64,000 nucleotides of DNA from Malacoraja senta (taxonomy: Eukaryota). The notes under the pieces are model-generated. The model ran no database searches, had not been told where the DNA came from, and was given only the letters and a program-made list of their open reading frames with translations. Below are positions 1 through 14,040 of this stretch, one piece after another (position 1 is the stretch's first letter; every line of letters begins with the position of its first letter). The position numbers and the translations under genes were made by a program. The stretch spans positions 17,424,001-17,488,000 of the forward strand of contig CM075990.1 in assembly GCA_038087875.1 (NCBI GenBank). Reading direction: 5' to 3'.

Positions 1-1248
1 AACAGCATCATGAAGCCAAAGGAACACACCAGACAGGTCAGGGATAAAGTTGTGGAGAAGTTTAAAGCAGGGTTAGGTTATACAAAAATATCCCAAGCTT
101 TGAACATCTCACGGAGCACTGTTCAATCCATCATCCGAAAATGGAAAGAGTATGGCACAACTGCAAACCTACCAAGACATGGCCGTCCACCTAAACTGAC
201 AGGCCGGGCAAGGAGAGCATTGATCAGAGAAGCAGCCAAGAGGCCCATGGTAACTCTGGAGGAGCTGCAGAGATCCACAGCTCAGGTGGGAGAATCTGTC
301 CACAGGACAACTATTAGTCGTGCACTCCACAAATCGGACCTTTATGGAAGAGTGGCAAGAAGAAAGCCATTGTTGAAAAAAAGCCATAAGAAGTCCCGTT
401 TGCAGTTTGCCACAAGCCATGTGGGGGACACAGCAAACATGTGGAGGAAGGTGGTCTGGTCAGATGAGACCAAAATTGAAGTTTTTGGCCTAAATGCAAA
501 ACGCTATGTGTGGCGGAAAACTAACACTGCACATCACCCTGAACACACCATCCCCACTGTGAAACATGGTGGTGGCAGCATCATGCTGTGGGGATGCTTT
601 TCTTCAGCAGGGACAGGGAAGCTGGTCAGAGTTGATGGGAAGATGGATGGAGCCAAATACAGGGCAATCTTGGAAGAAAACCTGTTAGAGTCTGCAAAAG
701 ACTTGAGACTGGGGCGGAGGTTCACCTTCCAGCAGGACAACGACCCTAAACATACAGCCAGAGCTACAATGGAATGGTTTAGATCAAAGCATATTCATGT
801 GTTAGAATGGCCCAGTCAAAGTCCAGACCTAAATCCAATTGAGAATCTCTGGCAAGACTTGAAAATTGCTGTTCACAGACGCTCTCCATCCAAACTGACT
901 GAGCTTGAGCTATTTTGCAAAGAAGAATGGGCACAAATTTCAGCTGGTAGAGACACAAAAGCTGGTAGAGACATACCTCAAAAGACTTGCAGCTGTAATT
1001 GCAGCGAAAGGTGGTTCTACAAAGTATTGACTCAGGGGGGCTGAATACTTTTGCACGTGACACTTTTCAGGTTTTTATTTGCAAAAAAATTTGAAAACCA
1101 TGTATCATTTTCCTTCCACTTCACAATTATGCACCACTTTGTGTTGGTCTATCACATAAAATCCCAATAAAATACATTTACGTTTGTGGTTGTAACGTGA
1201 CAAAATGTGGAAAAGTTCAAGGGGTATGAATACTTTTGCAAGCTACTG
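1..1248 (+). mobile_element. Tc1/mariner DNA transposon (DD34E, IR/DR type); left end lies outside the window
   Basis: Transposase ORF; terminal ...GCAAGCTACTG followed by TA at 1249-1250; direct repeats TGAATACTTTTGCA at 1042-1055 and 1227-1240; AATAAA at 1166-1171. Confidence 0.96.
10..1030 (+). pseudogene. Tc1 transposase with a +1 frameshift about 25 codons before the natural stop
   Basis: Paired-like HTH with GRPPK; WSDETK, FQQDND and SPDLNPIE with 34 residues between D and E; the alternative frame from 959 reads KLVETYLKRLAAVIAAKGGSTKY* (TGA 1028-1030). Confidence 0.88.
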
Positions 1249-4200
1249 TATGTAGAACATGATGGCAAGTTAAACTAATATGCTCTGCCTGCACATGATC
1301 CATGTCATCCCATCCCCACATATCCATGTGTAGACATCAGGCAGGCATTTGGCCAGCAGTGGGTGAGAGACATTGCCACACCAGTCTTGTTGGTAGTTTG
1401 AAGGAATTAGCTATGAGCAATTCCTTTCACATTTATCCTTAATCGATCATAAAGTTGCATGAAAATGACCCTAAACTCTGACATCAACCCATGCCATGGA
1501 ATACATTAGTTTCTGTGCTGTGTGACTCTATGACTGTGACCTGCCCAACAGCTGAACACAACCACGTTTGACGTTTAAGAATTTTAAAGTTCCTGCATAT
1601 ATCCTCCCTGTTGACCTTTGGTGTAATATGATTGGGACATTTCAGTTTTAGACCTTAGAGAACCTACCGGCAAAAAATAACCACAACAATTTTAAAAAAC
1701 CTTGCCTGAAATGTAACTAAAAACAGAAAATACTGTAGAAAGTTCTGTACTGTAGAATAGAAAACTCAGTGTGTATATAGACACACTGAACTTGTATCTC
1801 CTGTTCTGTATTATGTTCACATATTCTGTTGTGCTGCAGCAAGCAAGAATTTCATTGTCCTATCTGGAACACATGACAATAAAACTCTCTTGACTCTTGA
1901 CACCCTCTGCATGTCAGGCTACTTCAATGTGAGGAGAAACGGAGGTAACATTTCACGACAAACTCCGTTTCACTTCCCACAGACTCGGACAGACTTGCTG
2001 AGGGTTTCCAGCATTTACTGTTCTCAATTTTTTAGGCAGAGTAGCATATTGTTCCTAATGTCCTTCAAGGGTCAACACATCTGGGCTTGAATGTTTAATA
2101 CGGCATGGACTTCTGCAGAAGTAGTCCCCATGTTGTCTTTTCTTTCCTTCCCCCATCTGCCAGATCATATTTTCATTAGATACAAGACAGATTTCTACAT
2201 CTTTGCATCCAAATGTACAGCAACAATTAATGTTCAGATATCAGAGATTGTGTTTTAGTTTATTCCTTCCTCATGGGACTGACAACATTTAGAGTATTCA
2301 AGCTATTGATCAAATGCTCTTGGAATACAGGATATTGAACCATTACTTCAAATAACGAGAACAAAGAAAACATAATTTTCTCTTAATATTAAAGTAAGTT
2401 TACAACAGTATCAATCTCTGGAGTTGCTTAAATATCTGTGGCATCCAAAATAATGACAAATATTGTGGTATATTAACATAATGTCTGGATCAGAATAAGA
2501 CATTTCACCCATCAGCTTCTTCCCTTCGGTCATCAGACTACTGAACCGTCCTCACACAAACTCGGGTGTAATCCCAATCTTCCAACCTACCTCATTGCAG
2601 ATGTTGCACTTTTTGTCTGTAACTGTAACACTACAATGTTTTAATGCTGTATTTTGCACTCTGTGTTTTTTCTCTCTGCTCTACTGTTATGCTTGTGTTG
2701 GGCTTGATTGTACTCATGTGTTGGATGATCTGACTGGATAGCACACAACCAAAGCTTTTCACTGCATCTCGGTACACATGTCAATAATGAAGCAATGATT
2801 ACATAGACACAAAAAGCTGGAGTAACTAATCAGGACAGTCAGCATCTCTGGAGAGAAGGAATAGGTGATGTTTTGGCTCGAGACCCTTCTTCAGACCTTC
2901 TTCAGCATTAGTTCTATTCCATCTAAGAGGTACATAGATTAATTATTAATTATCCATTCTGTATTCATTACCTGCTGAGTACCGAGTGATGTCTATAACC
3001 ATAAACTTTCCTCCTCACAGATAACAATTTGGATTGATTTGAAATCAGCTAGCATCTGATAATCTAACCCAGATGTACATGGTCCTCGACTAGTATCAAG
3101 GAAATTTCTTGCAGTAACTACCCACCTTGCTTGAGGCTTGTGAAAGGTATACTTTTATCTCCCACAACCCCATTCCATACATTGCACATGCATCCATACC
3201 TTTCATTATTTTAAACATCTGTACAGTGTCCAACATCAGTTCTCTTTTCTCTAATGAAAATGACATGTGTTTAAGATCTTTTGTGCATATGTTTCCCTAC
3301 TTCCCAAAACCCTCTTGGCAATGATTATTCTGTTCATTCTTTTACTAACACATCTCCAGTGTAGGTAAACACTTTGAGAATAGTTCTAGGACTAGAAGAT
3401 AAATTGCATTATTCACCCCTACTCTCAACTTAATTTAATGAGCAAATCATAAATGGACGAATTACCCTCACAGCTCCTGATCTTCACACACAACGGCCCA
3501 TCATTGGCTCCCTTGTGTTGCCATATTTCTTCAATGATATTCTCACAGGTTCTTGTGGATTGAAGGTTCTTCAGCGGAATGGAATAAAGCCCAAGGTACT
3601 GTATTATTCAAAGGCAAACACATTATTACTGATTTACTTGAGTTTAATGAAAATATTTCAGAAATTCAATTTGAGCCAACGAGCCTGATTCTTAAGGGAC
3701 CTCGGTAAATTCCAAAGCAAGCAGTTAATGAAAACAGCCTTATCCTCTCTCTTTGTAGTCAAATTCCAGGCCTTCAGCCCAGTAAACTGATGTCTAAAAT
3801 GTACAACGAACGTCAAGAAAATCTGTTTGGCTCTCCAGTCCAGGAATATTTCTGAAATAGCTTGTCACAGGACCACGGACCCAAAGTGTGGAGTTGACAA
3901 CCAACCAATCGCTGCCTCAGCTGTTGCTCTGTATTCGGTGGTAACGTTTGTTGGTCACCATACCTCTACACGTCAATGCTTGACTGCGTAAGTCATACTT
4001 AGAGACAGGGGAAGGTCAGGGGACTAACAGTGGACTGAAGGCCGGCCGCCATTCACAAACAACATGGACATAAAAAGACACAAAGTGCTGGAGTAGCTCA
4101 GCAGGTCAGCCCGCCTCCCTGGAGAACATGGATTAACATTATCCCAGTCAATGCTAAAAGCTACATACCCTTATGCAGATTGTAAATCAGCGGGACAATC

Positions 4201-7200
4201 TCTGCAACTGGAGATAGACACAAAGTGCTGGAGTAACTCAGCGGATCAGGCAGCATCTCTGGAGAAAAGGAATAGATGACGTTTTGGGTCGGAACCCTTC
4301 TTCAGTCAGAGAGTTAGAGAAGGCAAGAACAAAACAGGGCTGGCAACAGATAACCTCAGGAAGGGTGGAGTCCATAATGGCCCATTGTTGGCTGGGGAAG
4401 ATGTACTAATGACAGGGGAACAAGGATGCGCACAGTGGAACTAGAAGGATGAATAGGGTAGAGGGAGAGGGAAGAGGGGGGGGGGGGCAGAGTCTGGAGA
4501 GTACAATATTTTTGTGCATTTTCACTCCAAACCCAAAGCTCTTGCAAAGGTGAAACTAAAATCCTAGTCAAATGTTGATCAGTGAAAAGCTTGGGCGAAA
4601 TCAAGCCTTACCCCTGGTTCAGCAGTGGTAGAGGGACTAAGTGCTGCAATGAGTCAATTATTACCATCAAGCACTTCAATGTTGCACTGCATTGATCACA
4701 GATTGATCTGAATGTATTGATACATTCATGTGGTTTCCTGATCAATTCACACTAACCCAAAAGTAGTTGGAACGAAGTAGGTTAGCGTTACGTCACCCCC
4801 ATTAATGATCACCGTTACACTTAGTTGTTTAAATAGACATTATGTGCAGCCCACATGTGTTCTGGATATTTTATTCAGGATCAAGCTAGGACCATAATTT
4901 TGTTGCAATATATCACAATGGGATCATTTGATGTTCCGATGCAAAGAACAATATTGGGCGAAAATCAATGTTACATTTATCAGGTATATAAATAAAAAGG
5001 CTAATGATCAGAAAATTAAATTATGATACCTGATTGTCACAAGTGGAAGTCTGATGGATTATCTCGTGTGCAGGAGTATCTATTCATTCAAACAGCATGT
5101 AGATACATTGAGGAACAAGACCTGTCTAAACTGAGATTGGTTAGTTACAGTGTGGAAATAGGCACTTTGACCGAGTCAGCACCAAAATGTGATCATGGCT
5201 GATCATCCAAAATCAGTACCCCGTTCCTGCATTCTCCCCATATCCCTTGATTCCGTTAGTCCTGGGAGCTATATCCAACTCTCTCTTGAAAACATCCAGT
5301 GAATTGGCCTCCACTGCCTTCTGTGGCAGAGAATTCCACAGATTCACAACTCTCTGGGTGAAAAAAAAATTCCTCATCTCAGTCCTAAATGGCCTACCCC
5401 TTATCCTAAATATGTTTACATATTCTGTTGTGCTGCTGCAAGTAAGAATGCCATTGTTCTGTCTGGGACATATGACAATAAAACACTCTTGACTCTTGAT
5501 AAATAACTAACCCCCAATATTTGCCGGTGTAAACTGTGGTTTGGCAAATACAGAGATACAGCGTGGAAACAGGCCCTTCAGCCCATCGAGTCCACACCGA
5601 CCAATAACACTATCCTACACCAGGAACAATTGTTTTACATTGATACCAAGTCAATTAACCTACAAACCTGTATGTCTTTGGAGTGTGGGAGGAAACCTCA
5701 GATCTCAGAGATAGCCCACGTAGGTACAAACTCCATGCAGACAATACCCACTGTCAGGATTGAACGTGGGTCTCTGGCACAGTGAGGCAGCAACTCTACC
5801 GCTGAGCCACTGAGGTCTACCATCAGTAAACCTGGATTCTTTGCAATCATTAATTATGGATGGCGAGTAGCTGTGGCCCCAACAACATCCCAATGGCATC
5901 CCACTCATAACGACTTGCCAGTTAAAAATGAAAATGGCTATTGTTAACAGCTCTCTGTATTAAATATTTATCACTATCTATAAACATTTTACCATCTTCA
6001 ATGTGCATGGATAATTACCACAAATTAATGTAATTATATTGCAAATAAATATTCCCAATTCCAGTGTAATTCTATAAGTAGAAGCCAGTGCTGGCAATGG
6101 TCAAGTTTTGAAATTGAACGGGGGAATTTGAAACTTGTTAACAAGAACTTCCTGAGAGAACTCCTGAAGGCTTTCATCAAGAGCTGGATGCCTTTGTCAT
6201 CAGTCAGTGTGTATAGTTACACGAGGCTGCGTTTGAAATACCCTGGAATCATCATTGAGAGGGAATATGCTGGAATCTGTTTCTAAGGAAGTGGTAACAG
6301 AAACATGGGAAAAATAGCAGAACATTTGGACATAGTCAACATGGGTTGAGGAAAAACCAATTACGTTTGACAATGGAAAAGTTGGATAGACAGACTGTTT
6401 TCTCTGGAACGCCGAGGATGGAAAGATACCTAAAAGAATGCAGGAAGTTGAGGGGAGATCTAATAGAAGTTTATAAAATTATGCGAGGCAAAGATACTGT
6501 AGACAGTCAGAACCTTTTTCTCAGGAGGGTTACATCAAATACTAGAGGGCGTAGCTTTAAGGTGAGGGAGTAAAGTTTAAAGGAGTTAGGCGAGCAAGGT
6601 TTTTACACAGAAGGTGGAAGGAGGCTGGAACAAGGCTACCAGCGTGGTGGTGGAGGCAGATACAATCATGCCATTTGAAAGGCTTTTGAATAGGCACATG
6701 GATACGTTGGGAATGGAGGAATATGGAGACATGACAACGGTTTGTTTAGTTTAGTTTAGACATACAGTGCGGAAACAGGCCCTTCAGCCCACCGAGTCTG
6801 CACCAACACACAATTATAACAATCCAATTCTTTGGAGTGTGGGAGGAAACCGAAGATCTCAGAGAAAACCCACGCGGTCATGGGGAGAACGTGCAAACTC
6901 CATAGTCGGGATCGAACCCGGGTCTCTGGCACTGTGAGGCAGCAACTCTACTGCTGCGTCACCATGCCGCCTTTGGACGCTCTTGGTATCATGTTCGGCA
7001 TGGACATTGTGGACCGAAGGGCCTGTTCCTGTGCTGTACTGCTGCACTAAATCTGTTGAAGTACCTGAATGCTGTCATGAGCAGAATAAGGCAAACAAGT
7101 TATGACTTTTGGAATGCTTTTGATAAGATGCCACAAGGAGTTCATTAAAGAACGTGAATGCACATAGCATTATGAGTAATATATTGACATAGTCTGAGGA

Positions 7201-9043
7201 TTAGTCGGGAACAGAAGGTAGATAAAAAACGGAATGATTATTGAGTTTGGAAGCTTTGACTGACCAGTGCTGGGACCCCAGCTGTTTATAACCCATAATT
7301 GGTATTGACAATGGGTTGTCATTGTCAAGTACCGAGATATAGAGAGGAGCTTTGTTTTCATGCTATATACGCAAATCATAACGAATATGAATTTGTTTCT
7401 TTCCCCTGTTTTAGGCACATATTCTTTTCCTCTTGTTTCTCTGTTCCTTGTTTTAAAGCTCGTGTTTTCATTAATAATATTTGCTATCTAAAGTTGGAAG
7501 AAGTAAGTATCATAATTCCAAGATGGCCATGTACAATTCTATTTACTGCTGTGAGTGGGGGCCATTCTCAATACTGATGACTGGATTCCCATTGATTAAA
7601 AACTTACAACTGTTGATTAACTTGATTTGGTATTTGGAACGTTTGAGATCATTTTAATCGATCTGGGTAATTTGTGCCATAAGACAATAGGACAATAGGT
7701 GCAGGAGTAGGCCATTCGGCCCTTCGAGCCAGCACCGCCATTCAATGTGATCATGGCTGATCATCCCAATCAGTACCCCGTTACTGCCTTCTCCCCATAT
7801 CCCCTGACTCCACTATCTTTAAGAGCTCTATCTAGCTCTCTCTTGAAAGTATCCAGAGAAGCGGCCTCCACCGCCCTCTGAGACAGAGAATTCCACAGAC
7901 TCACAACTCTCTGTGTGAAAAAGTGTTTCCACATCTCCGTTCTAAATGGCTTGCCCATTATTCTTAAACTGTGCCCCCTGGTTCAGACGTTACAAAGAAT
8001 GACCCTCCAGTAATAAACTAACCTCTGGACTTTTCAACAGAGTTGTTCATGGTTTCCGCCAATCGCATTGCAGAAGGCATGAATGTTTTGGAATTCCACG
8101 TGGCACATTATGAGACTTGGTTTTGTGAACCTACATGCAGACACCAAATGCCACAGCAGAGTAAGAAGAAGTCTGAAGAAGCGTTTCAACCCAAAATGTC
8201 ACCCATTCCTTCTCTTCAGACATGCTGCCTGTCCCGCTGGGTTACTCCAGCTTTTTGTGGCTATCTTCAGCAGCGTAATGATTAAATTTAAGACTTGGAA
8301 CAAAAGAATATTAGACGTAGAACTATCTTTAACCAGATCTTATTGGACCTATCGAAACGTTATACCCTCTCTCCTGTATCTGTACACTGTGGACGACTTG
8401 ATTGTAATCATGTAGCCTTTTCATTGACTGGATTGCATGCAACAAAAACATTTTTCACTGTACCTCGCTACACATGACAGTTATAAACTAAACTAAACCA
8501 GGAGCAGGGCAGGGAATTCAATAAAAGCATGGATGTTTGTTTTACCACAGGCCTGGCTCTGATGCAAAGATTAATTTAAAAAAATGTTCATGGCTCTCCA
8601 TGTCTCTATGAAAGTAATGGCTATCTGTGCCTGTCCAAATGTCTTTTAAATGTTGTTGTAGTACCTGCCTCAACTACCTCCTCTGGCAGCTCGTTCAATA
8701 CATCACCATCTTTGGTCAAGTCCCTGTTCCCATTCATCTTAAACCCATGCATTCTGATTCTTGATTCCCATACTCTGGGTAAAAGTAGACAGCATGCACT
8801 CTATTCCTCACTCGGAGGCTAGGTGGACAGAAAGGGTTTAGACTGATATGGGTCCAAGGTGGCAAATGGGATGGGCCATCTTGGTCGGCATGGTCGAGTT
8901 GGGCCGAAGGGCCTGTTCTCATGCTGTATGACTTTACGAAAATAACTCCCAAAGCATGTTAAAATCATTCCCCTTCATTCATTTATCGGTAATCCAAATC
9001 AGCTCCAGTTAAGGAGACGGCGCTATTGTGCCGTTATTGTACA

Positions 9044-9045
<2 letters not shown>

Positions 9046-9097
<52 letters not shown>
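9046..9097 (+). repeat. (GT)26 microsatellite
   Basis: Direct reading. Confidence 0.98.
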
Positions 9098-9098
<1 letters not shown>

Positions 9099-9164
9099 CA
9101 CCGGACAAACTGTATCCTCCAGGCTCCGCGATGCTTCCTGGTTCAGTGAGAGCTGGCGCCGTGC

Positions 9165-9368
9165 GGGAGGGGGAGAGGGGGAGAGAGAGGGAGAGGGAGA
9201 GAGGGAGAGAGGGGGAGAGGGAGAGAGAGGGAGAGAGGGGAGAGAGGGGGAGAGGGAGAGAGGGTGAGAGAGAGGGAGAGAGGGGAGAGAGGGGGAGAGG
9301 GAGGGAGATAGGGGAAGAGAGGGGAAGAGAGGGGAAGAGAGGGAGAGAGAGGGAGAGAGAGGGAGAGG
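9165..9368 (+). repeat. About 200 bp polypurine (GA/GGGAGA)n tract
   Basis: Direct reading; almost pure purine. Confidence 0.97.
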
Positions 9369-9964
9369 TCCCGGCGCTCGCCGGCCCTCGGGGTTCAATT
9401 CCCCGCTGCAGATACTGGGGCTGCCCTGAAGAAGGGTCCCGACCCGACACGTCGCCTTTCCACTCGCACCACAGATGCTGCCTGACCCGCTGAGTTACTC
9501 CCTCCCTCCCTCTCTGTGTCTTTGTCTGGAGTGGCTGTTGCTCCCGCCGGGGTGGGAAGCGTCGGGCGGGAGCATGTTTCTGGGACTAAAGTCTCCGCTT
9601 CTCCACACATACCCGAGGAGAGGCTCAGCGTGGGGCCGGCGGGCATGGCCCGGGCGGCGGGACAACCACTGGCTATTCAATGACAATAGGGACCCGAGGA
9701 ACAGGGGCTGGGATCCGCAGCGCAACACAAAGTGCAGGAGGATCAGCGGGTCAGGCAGCATCCGTGGAGGGAATGGACAGAAGATGTTTCGGGTCAGGAC
9801 CCTTCTTCAGACTGAGCCGTGAACATACCGCCGTTATTATTGCGTGTAAAACCTTCTGAAAGTTCTTGAGCCTGAAGAATGATCGAGAGAGAGTTCGGAC
9901 TTAGAAAAAAAACATTGTTATTTATTGGGACGCGGTTCTGCGGATTAACTGCGGGATTTCACGT

Positions 9965-10235
9965 GTGAGAAGGAACTGCAGATGCAGGTTTACACCGAAG
10001 ATAGACACAAAATACTGGAGTAACTCAGCGGGACAGGCAGCATCTCTGGAGAGAAGGAACGCGTGACGTTTCGGGTCGAGACCCTTCTTCAGGGTTGCCT
10101 ACCTGACCAGACTGTCAAGATCTCAGACTCCCTCCCCACTGACTCTTAGTCTGAAGAAGGGTCTCGACCCGAAACGACACCCATTCCTTCTCTCCAGAGA
10201 TGCTGCCTGACCCACTGAGTTACTCCAGCTTTTTT
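9965..10235. mobile_element. Penelope-like-derived short repeat as an inverted pair of arms, each with a hammerhead core
   Basis: Arm 10002-10092 is the reverse complement of about 10151-10233; more than 25 related copies across the window. Confidence 0.75.
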
Positions 10236-10248
10236 ACTCCAGCAAATT

Positions 10249-10745
10249 CCTAATTTGAGGAAGGACATTCTTGCTGTTGAGGGAGTGCAGCGTAGGTTTA
10301 CCGGGTTAATTCTCGGGATGACGGGACTGACAAATGGTGAAAGAATGGGGTCGACTGGGCTTGTATTCGCTGGAATTTAGAAGGATGAGAGAGGATCATA
10401 TAGAAACATATATATATTTTTAGACAGGCTAGATGCAGGAAAAATGTTAAGCATTAGGGGGCACAGTTGAAGAATAAGGGGTCGGCCATTTAGGACTGAG
10501 ATGAGGAAAAACTGTTTCACCCAGAGAGTTGTGAATCTGTGGAATTCTCTGCCACAGAAGGCAGCGGGGGGATGATTTCAAGAGAGAGTTAGATTTAGCT
10601 CTTTGGCTAAGGGAATCAAGGGATATGGGGAAAAAGCCGGAACGGGGTACTGATTTTAGATGATCAGCCATGATCATATTGAATGGCGGTGCTGGCTCGA
10701 AGGGCCGAATGGCCTACGCCTGCACCTGTTTTCTATGTTTTTCTA
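10249..10745 (+). mobile_element. CR1 LINE 3' fragment
   Basis: Homologous to 34700-35224, including the 3' UTR and TTCTATGT tail. Confidence 0.88.
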
Positions 10746-11734
10746 ATGCGATGCACAATAAATGCCCCAGTCCATGCTCCATTGCTTTAACAGATAAACA
10801 TCAGGCATGTTAAACAGTTTATTAAAAGCATACACTAGGTATTTTTGCGCTTTGAGCAGACGTTTGCATTGATATCGATTTTCCGTTGTGTTTGCAATCG
10901 GTTTTTAATTGATTAAAAGATACATCAGGGAAACAGCCCCTTCGGCCCACCGAGTCCACGCCGACCATCGATTACCCGTTTACGTTAGTTCCATGTTATC
11001 CCACTTTCTCACCAACTCCCTACACAATTTACAGAGGGCCGATTAACCTATAAACCTGCTCGTCTTTGAAATGTGGGAGGAAACCGGAACACCAGGAGGA
11101 AACCCACGCGGTCACGGGGGAAACGTGCAAACTCCACACTGACAGCACCCGAGGTCAGAATCGAACCAGCGTCTCTGGCGCTGTGTGGCAGCAGCTCTAC
11201 TCGACCATCGCAAATCCTTAACTGCAAATTATTGCTGTACGACGAGAGCCAGTAATCCATCGTGGTACAAGCGCAGTCTGTTGAGGCGAGGAGGGACTTG
11301 TACATGAAGGATTTAGAAGTTACACTGTCCGCCAAATTGTCCGAGGTTGTGATGTACATCTAACAAGTTTCCTGTTAGATGTTCACGAGTCACGTTTCTT
11401 GTAACTTGGGTGAACCAGGATTCCCAGCTTCTAGTGGGAGTAACGGACCAGGAAGGGGTCGGCTGATAGTGGGCCCCGATGCAAATACAACGTGTCATTT
11501 GTTGCCTTTCTTTCCAACTTGAGTTAGAAAAAGAGAATATTTCAAAAGAAGGGTGGCGACCTGAAACATTATCCGTCCATTCCCTCTTCGGGAGTTCCTC
11601 CAGCACTTTGCGTTTTAATCAAGATTCTAGCACCTGCGGTTCCTCGTATCCATCAACTTCTTGACGCAAGATAGACACAAAATGCTGGAGTAACTCAGCG
11701 GGACAGGCAGCATCTCTGGAGAGAAGGAATGGGT

Positions 11735-11762
11735 GACGTTTCGGGTCGAGACCCTTCTTCAG
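11735..11762 (-). ncRNA. Minimal type I hammerhead ribozyme core (repeat-borne)
   Basis: Minus strand CTGAAGA A GGGT CTCG ACCC GAAAC GTC; identical core at 10065-10092(-). Confidence 0.65.
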
Positions 11763-13280
11763 ACTGGTTAGGGATAAGGGAAACGAGACTTCCCAAACAC
11801 AATGTCTTGACCTATTTGTAGGTCTGTTCCATGTCAATATTGGCATTGATCGGGTAAGTGAACGTTGACGTTTCTGCATCATATTTAACGGATGGGCTCT
11901 TTCAGGATTCTTAAATAACCATTGGACCAGGCTTGGTGGAATCCACGGGGGGTTTCTAGCTTGGATACTGACTTTATTAAGCTTAGGCCGAGTTAGGAGT
12001 TCTAAACTTAATCTGTCCTGATCCAAATGCTTATATTAGAATTAAAAACACATTTGCCCGTTCACTGCGTTGTAGCATGTTGCATCGAGAACAGCGACTA
12101 GGAGTCCTATAACAGCAGCAACAGAATATCTGAAGAGACGCGATATCTAAGTGGTAGATTTGTGGCGAAGAGATCTCGAATTAGACTGGGTCTGTTCTCT
12201 TTTCCCGTCTGTTCTCGGGTGGCGAGTTACAGACGAAGAAGGTAAAACAGACGAAGAAGAGACAGGGCTCGTTCTTACCCCGCTCACAGCTAACAATGGC
12301 CTGTTTCCTTTATCGTCGTTACTTTTTTGCATATCTTTTATTCGTTGTCTTTCTTCTTTCTACATCATCGTCTTTAGCTCTCGTTTCCCTTTCCCCTGAC
12401 TCTCAGTCTGAAGAAGGGTCTCGAACCGAAACGTCACATATTCCTTCTCTCCAGAGATGCTGCCTGACCCGCTGAGTTACTCCAGCTTCTTGTGTCTATC
12501 TTCTAGGAATAACAGAGATGCGAGGAATCTGGAGCAAAACACACAGTGCTGGTCAGGCAGCATCTGTGGAGGAAATGGACAGATGACATTTCGGGTCGAG
12601 ACTGAGGGGTGGACATACCAACTTTATTTGTTCTCTTTCATTTCGCCTTAAATCCTTCGAAAGTTTTTTTTTCTTTTCATTTGAGAGAGAATTGAAGTAT
12701 GGAGGTGAAAATACAAAGTCCGGATAAACAGGTGCAACGTTCATGCCACACAGGGGGCAGGGGTGAGTTCTAATTGGGAAAATATATCACCAGAACAGGT
12801 CATTTCTCAGGTCAGTAATTCATGGGTTGTCCAAACAGATAGTCTGAAGATAGACACAAAAAGCTGGAGTAGCTCAGCGGGACAGGCAGCATCTTTGGGA
12901 CCCATTCCTTCTCTCCCGAGATGCTGCCTGCCCCGCTGAGTTGTACTCCAGCTATTTGGAAACTGTTGCGAAACTTTTAAAATTCCCCTCTGAGCAGTAG
13001 ATTTCACCTTCACACACACATATATATATATTTTAAATCAACTACAAGAATGTTAATAGGGAAATGACAAAATGTACCAGAGATCACATCTCCATGAGCC
13101 GTGTCCGGATTCCTGATGGCCAGTTGGTTTCTTTTGAACCAGAAAATCCTGGAAATACTCAGCAGGTCAACCTGTGGGCGGGAGAGAAGAACATGATTAC
13201 CTTCGCTGACCGACCACTCCGGCGAAACCTTTCCAGTTTGATTTCCAATTTGTAACATCTCGGTTTTTTGGGGGGGCTTT

Positions 13281-14040
13281 AGATACAATAGACAACAGGT
13301 GCAGGAGTAGGTCATTCTGCCCTTCGAACCAGCACCGCCATTCACTGTGATCATGGCTGATCATCCACAATCAGTACCCCGTTCCTGCTCTCTCTTGAAA
13401 GCATCCAGAGAATCGGCCTCCACTGCCTTCTGAGGCAGTTAATTCTACAGATTCACAACTCTCTGGGTGAAAAAGTGTTTCCTCATCTCTGTTCTAAATG
13501 GCCTACCCCTGGTTCTGGACTCCCCCAACATCGGGAACTTGTTTCCTGCCTCTAGCGTGTCCAAGCCCTTAATAATCTTATATATGTCAGTCCCACCATC
13601 CCGGGAATTAACCTTGTGAACCTACGCTGCACTCCCTCAATAGCAAGAATGTCCTTCCTCAAATTTGGAGACCAAAAGTGCACACAATACTCCAGGTGTG
13701 GTCTCACCAGGCCCCTGTACAACTGCAGAAGGACCTCTTTGCTCCTATACTCAACTCCTCTTGTTATGAAGGCCAACATGCTATTAGCTTTCTTCACTGC
13801 CTGCTGTACCTGCATGCTTACTTTCAGTGACTGATGAACAAGGACACCCAGATCTCAGTGTACTTCCCCTTTTCTCAACTTGACACCATTCAGATAATAA
13901 TCTGCATTTCTGTTCTTGCCACCAAAGTGGATAACTTCACATTTATCCACATTAAACTGCATCTGCCCACTCACCCAACCTGTCCAAGTCACCCTGCATC
14001 CTCATAGCATCTTCCTCACAGTTCACACTGCCACCCAGCT
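13281..14040 (-). mobile_element. CR1 LINE 3' fragment with internal deletions
   Basis: MQVQQAVKKANSMLAFI...RPHLEYCVHFWSP; ATTGTCT-type tail. Confidence 0.9.

Noticed and set aside
948..965. AGACACAAAAGCTGG in the Tc1 resembling the end of the hammerhead repeat
   Set aside because: The local 14-bp duplication of Tc1 sequence largely explains it, and the match is too short to call an insertion.
3871..3987. Possible + strand exon (cacag|...|gtaagt) with one open frame
   Set aside because: Weak pyrimidine tract, unrecognisable peptide and no partner exons.
9009..9493. ORFs with VCVC/ERGRE/SLSP repeats
   Set aside because: They are translations of microsatellites.
11356..11382. Hairpin ACATCTAACA-7nt-TGTTAGATGT
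   Set aside because: A single 10-bp stem is expected by chance in 64 kb and is too short for a pre-miRNA.
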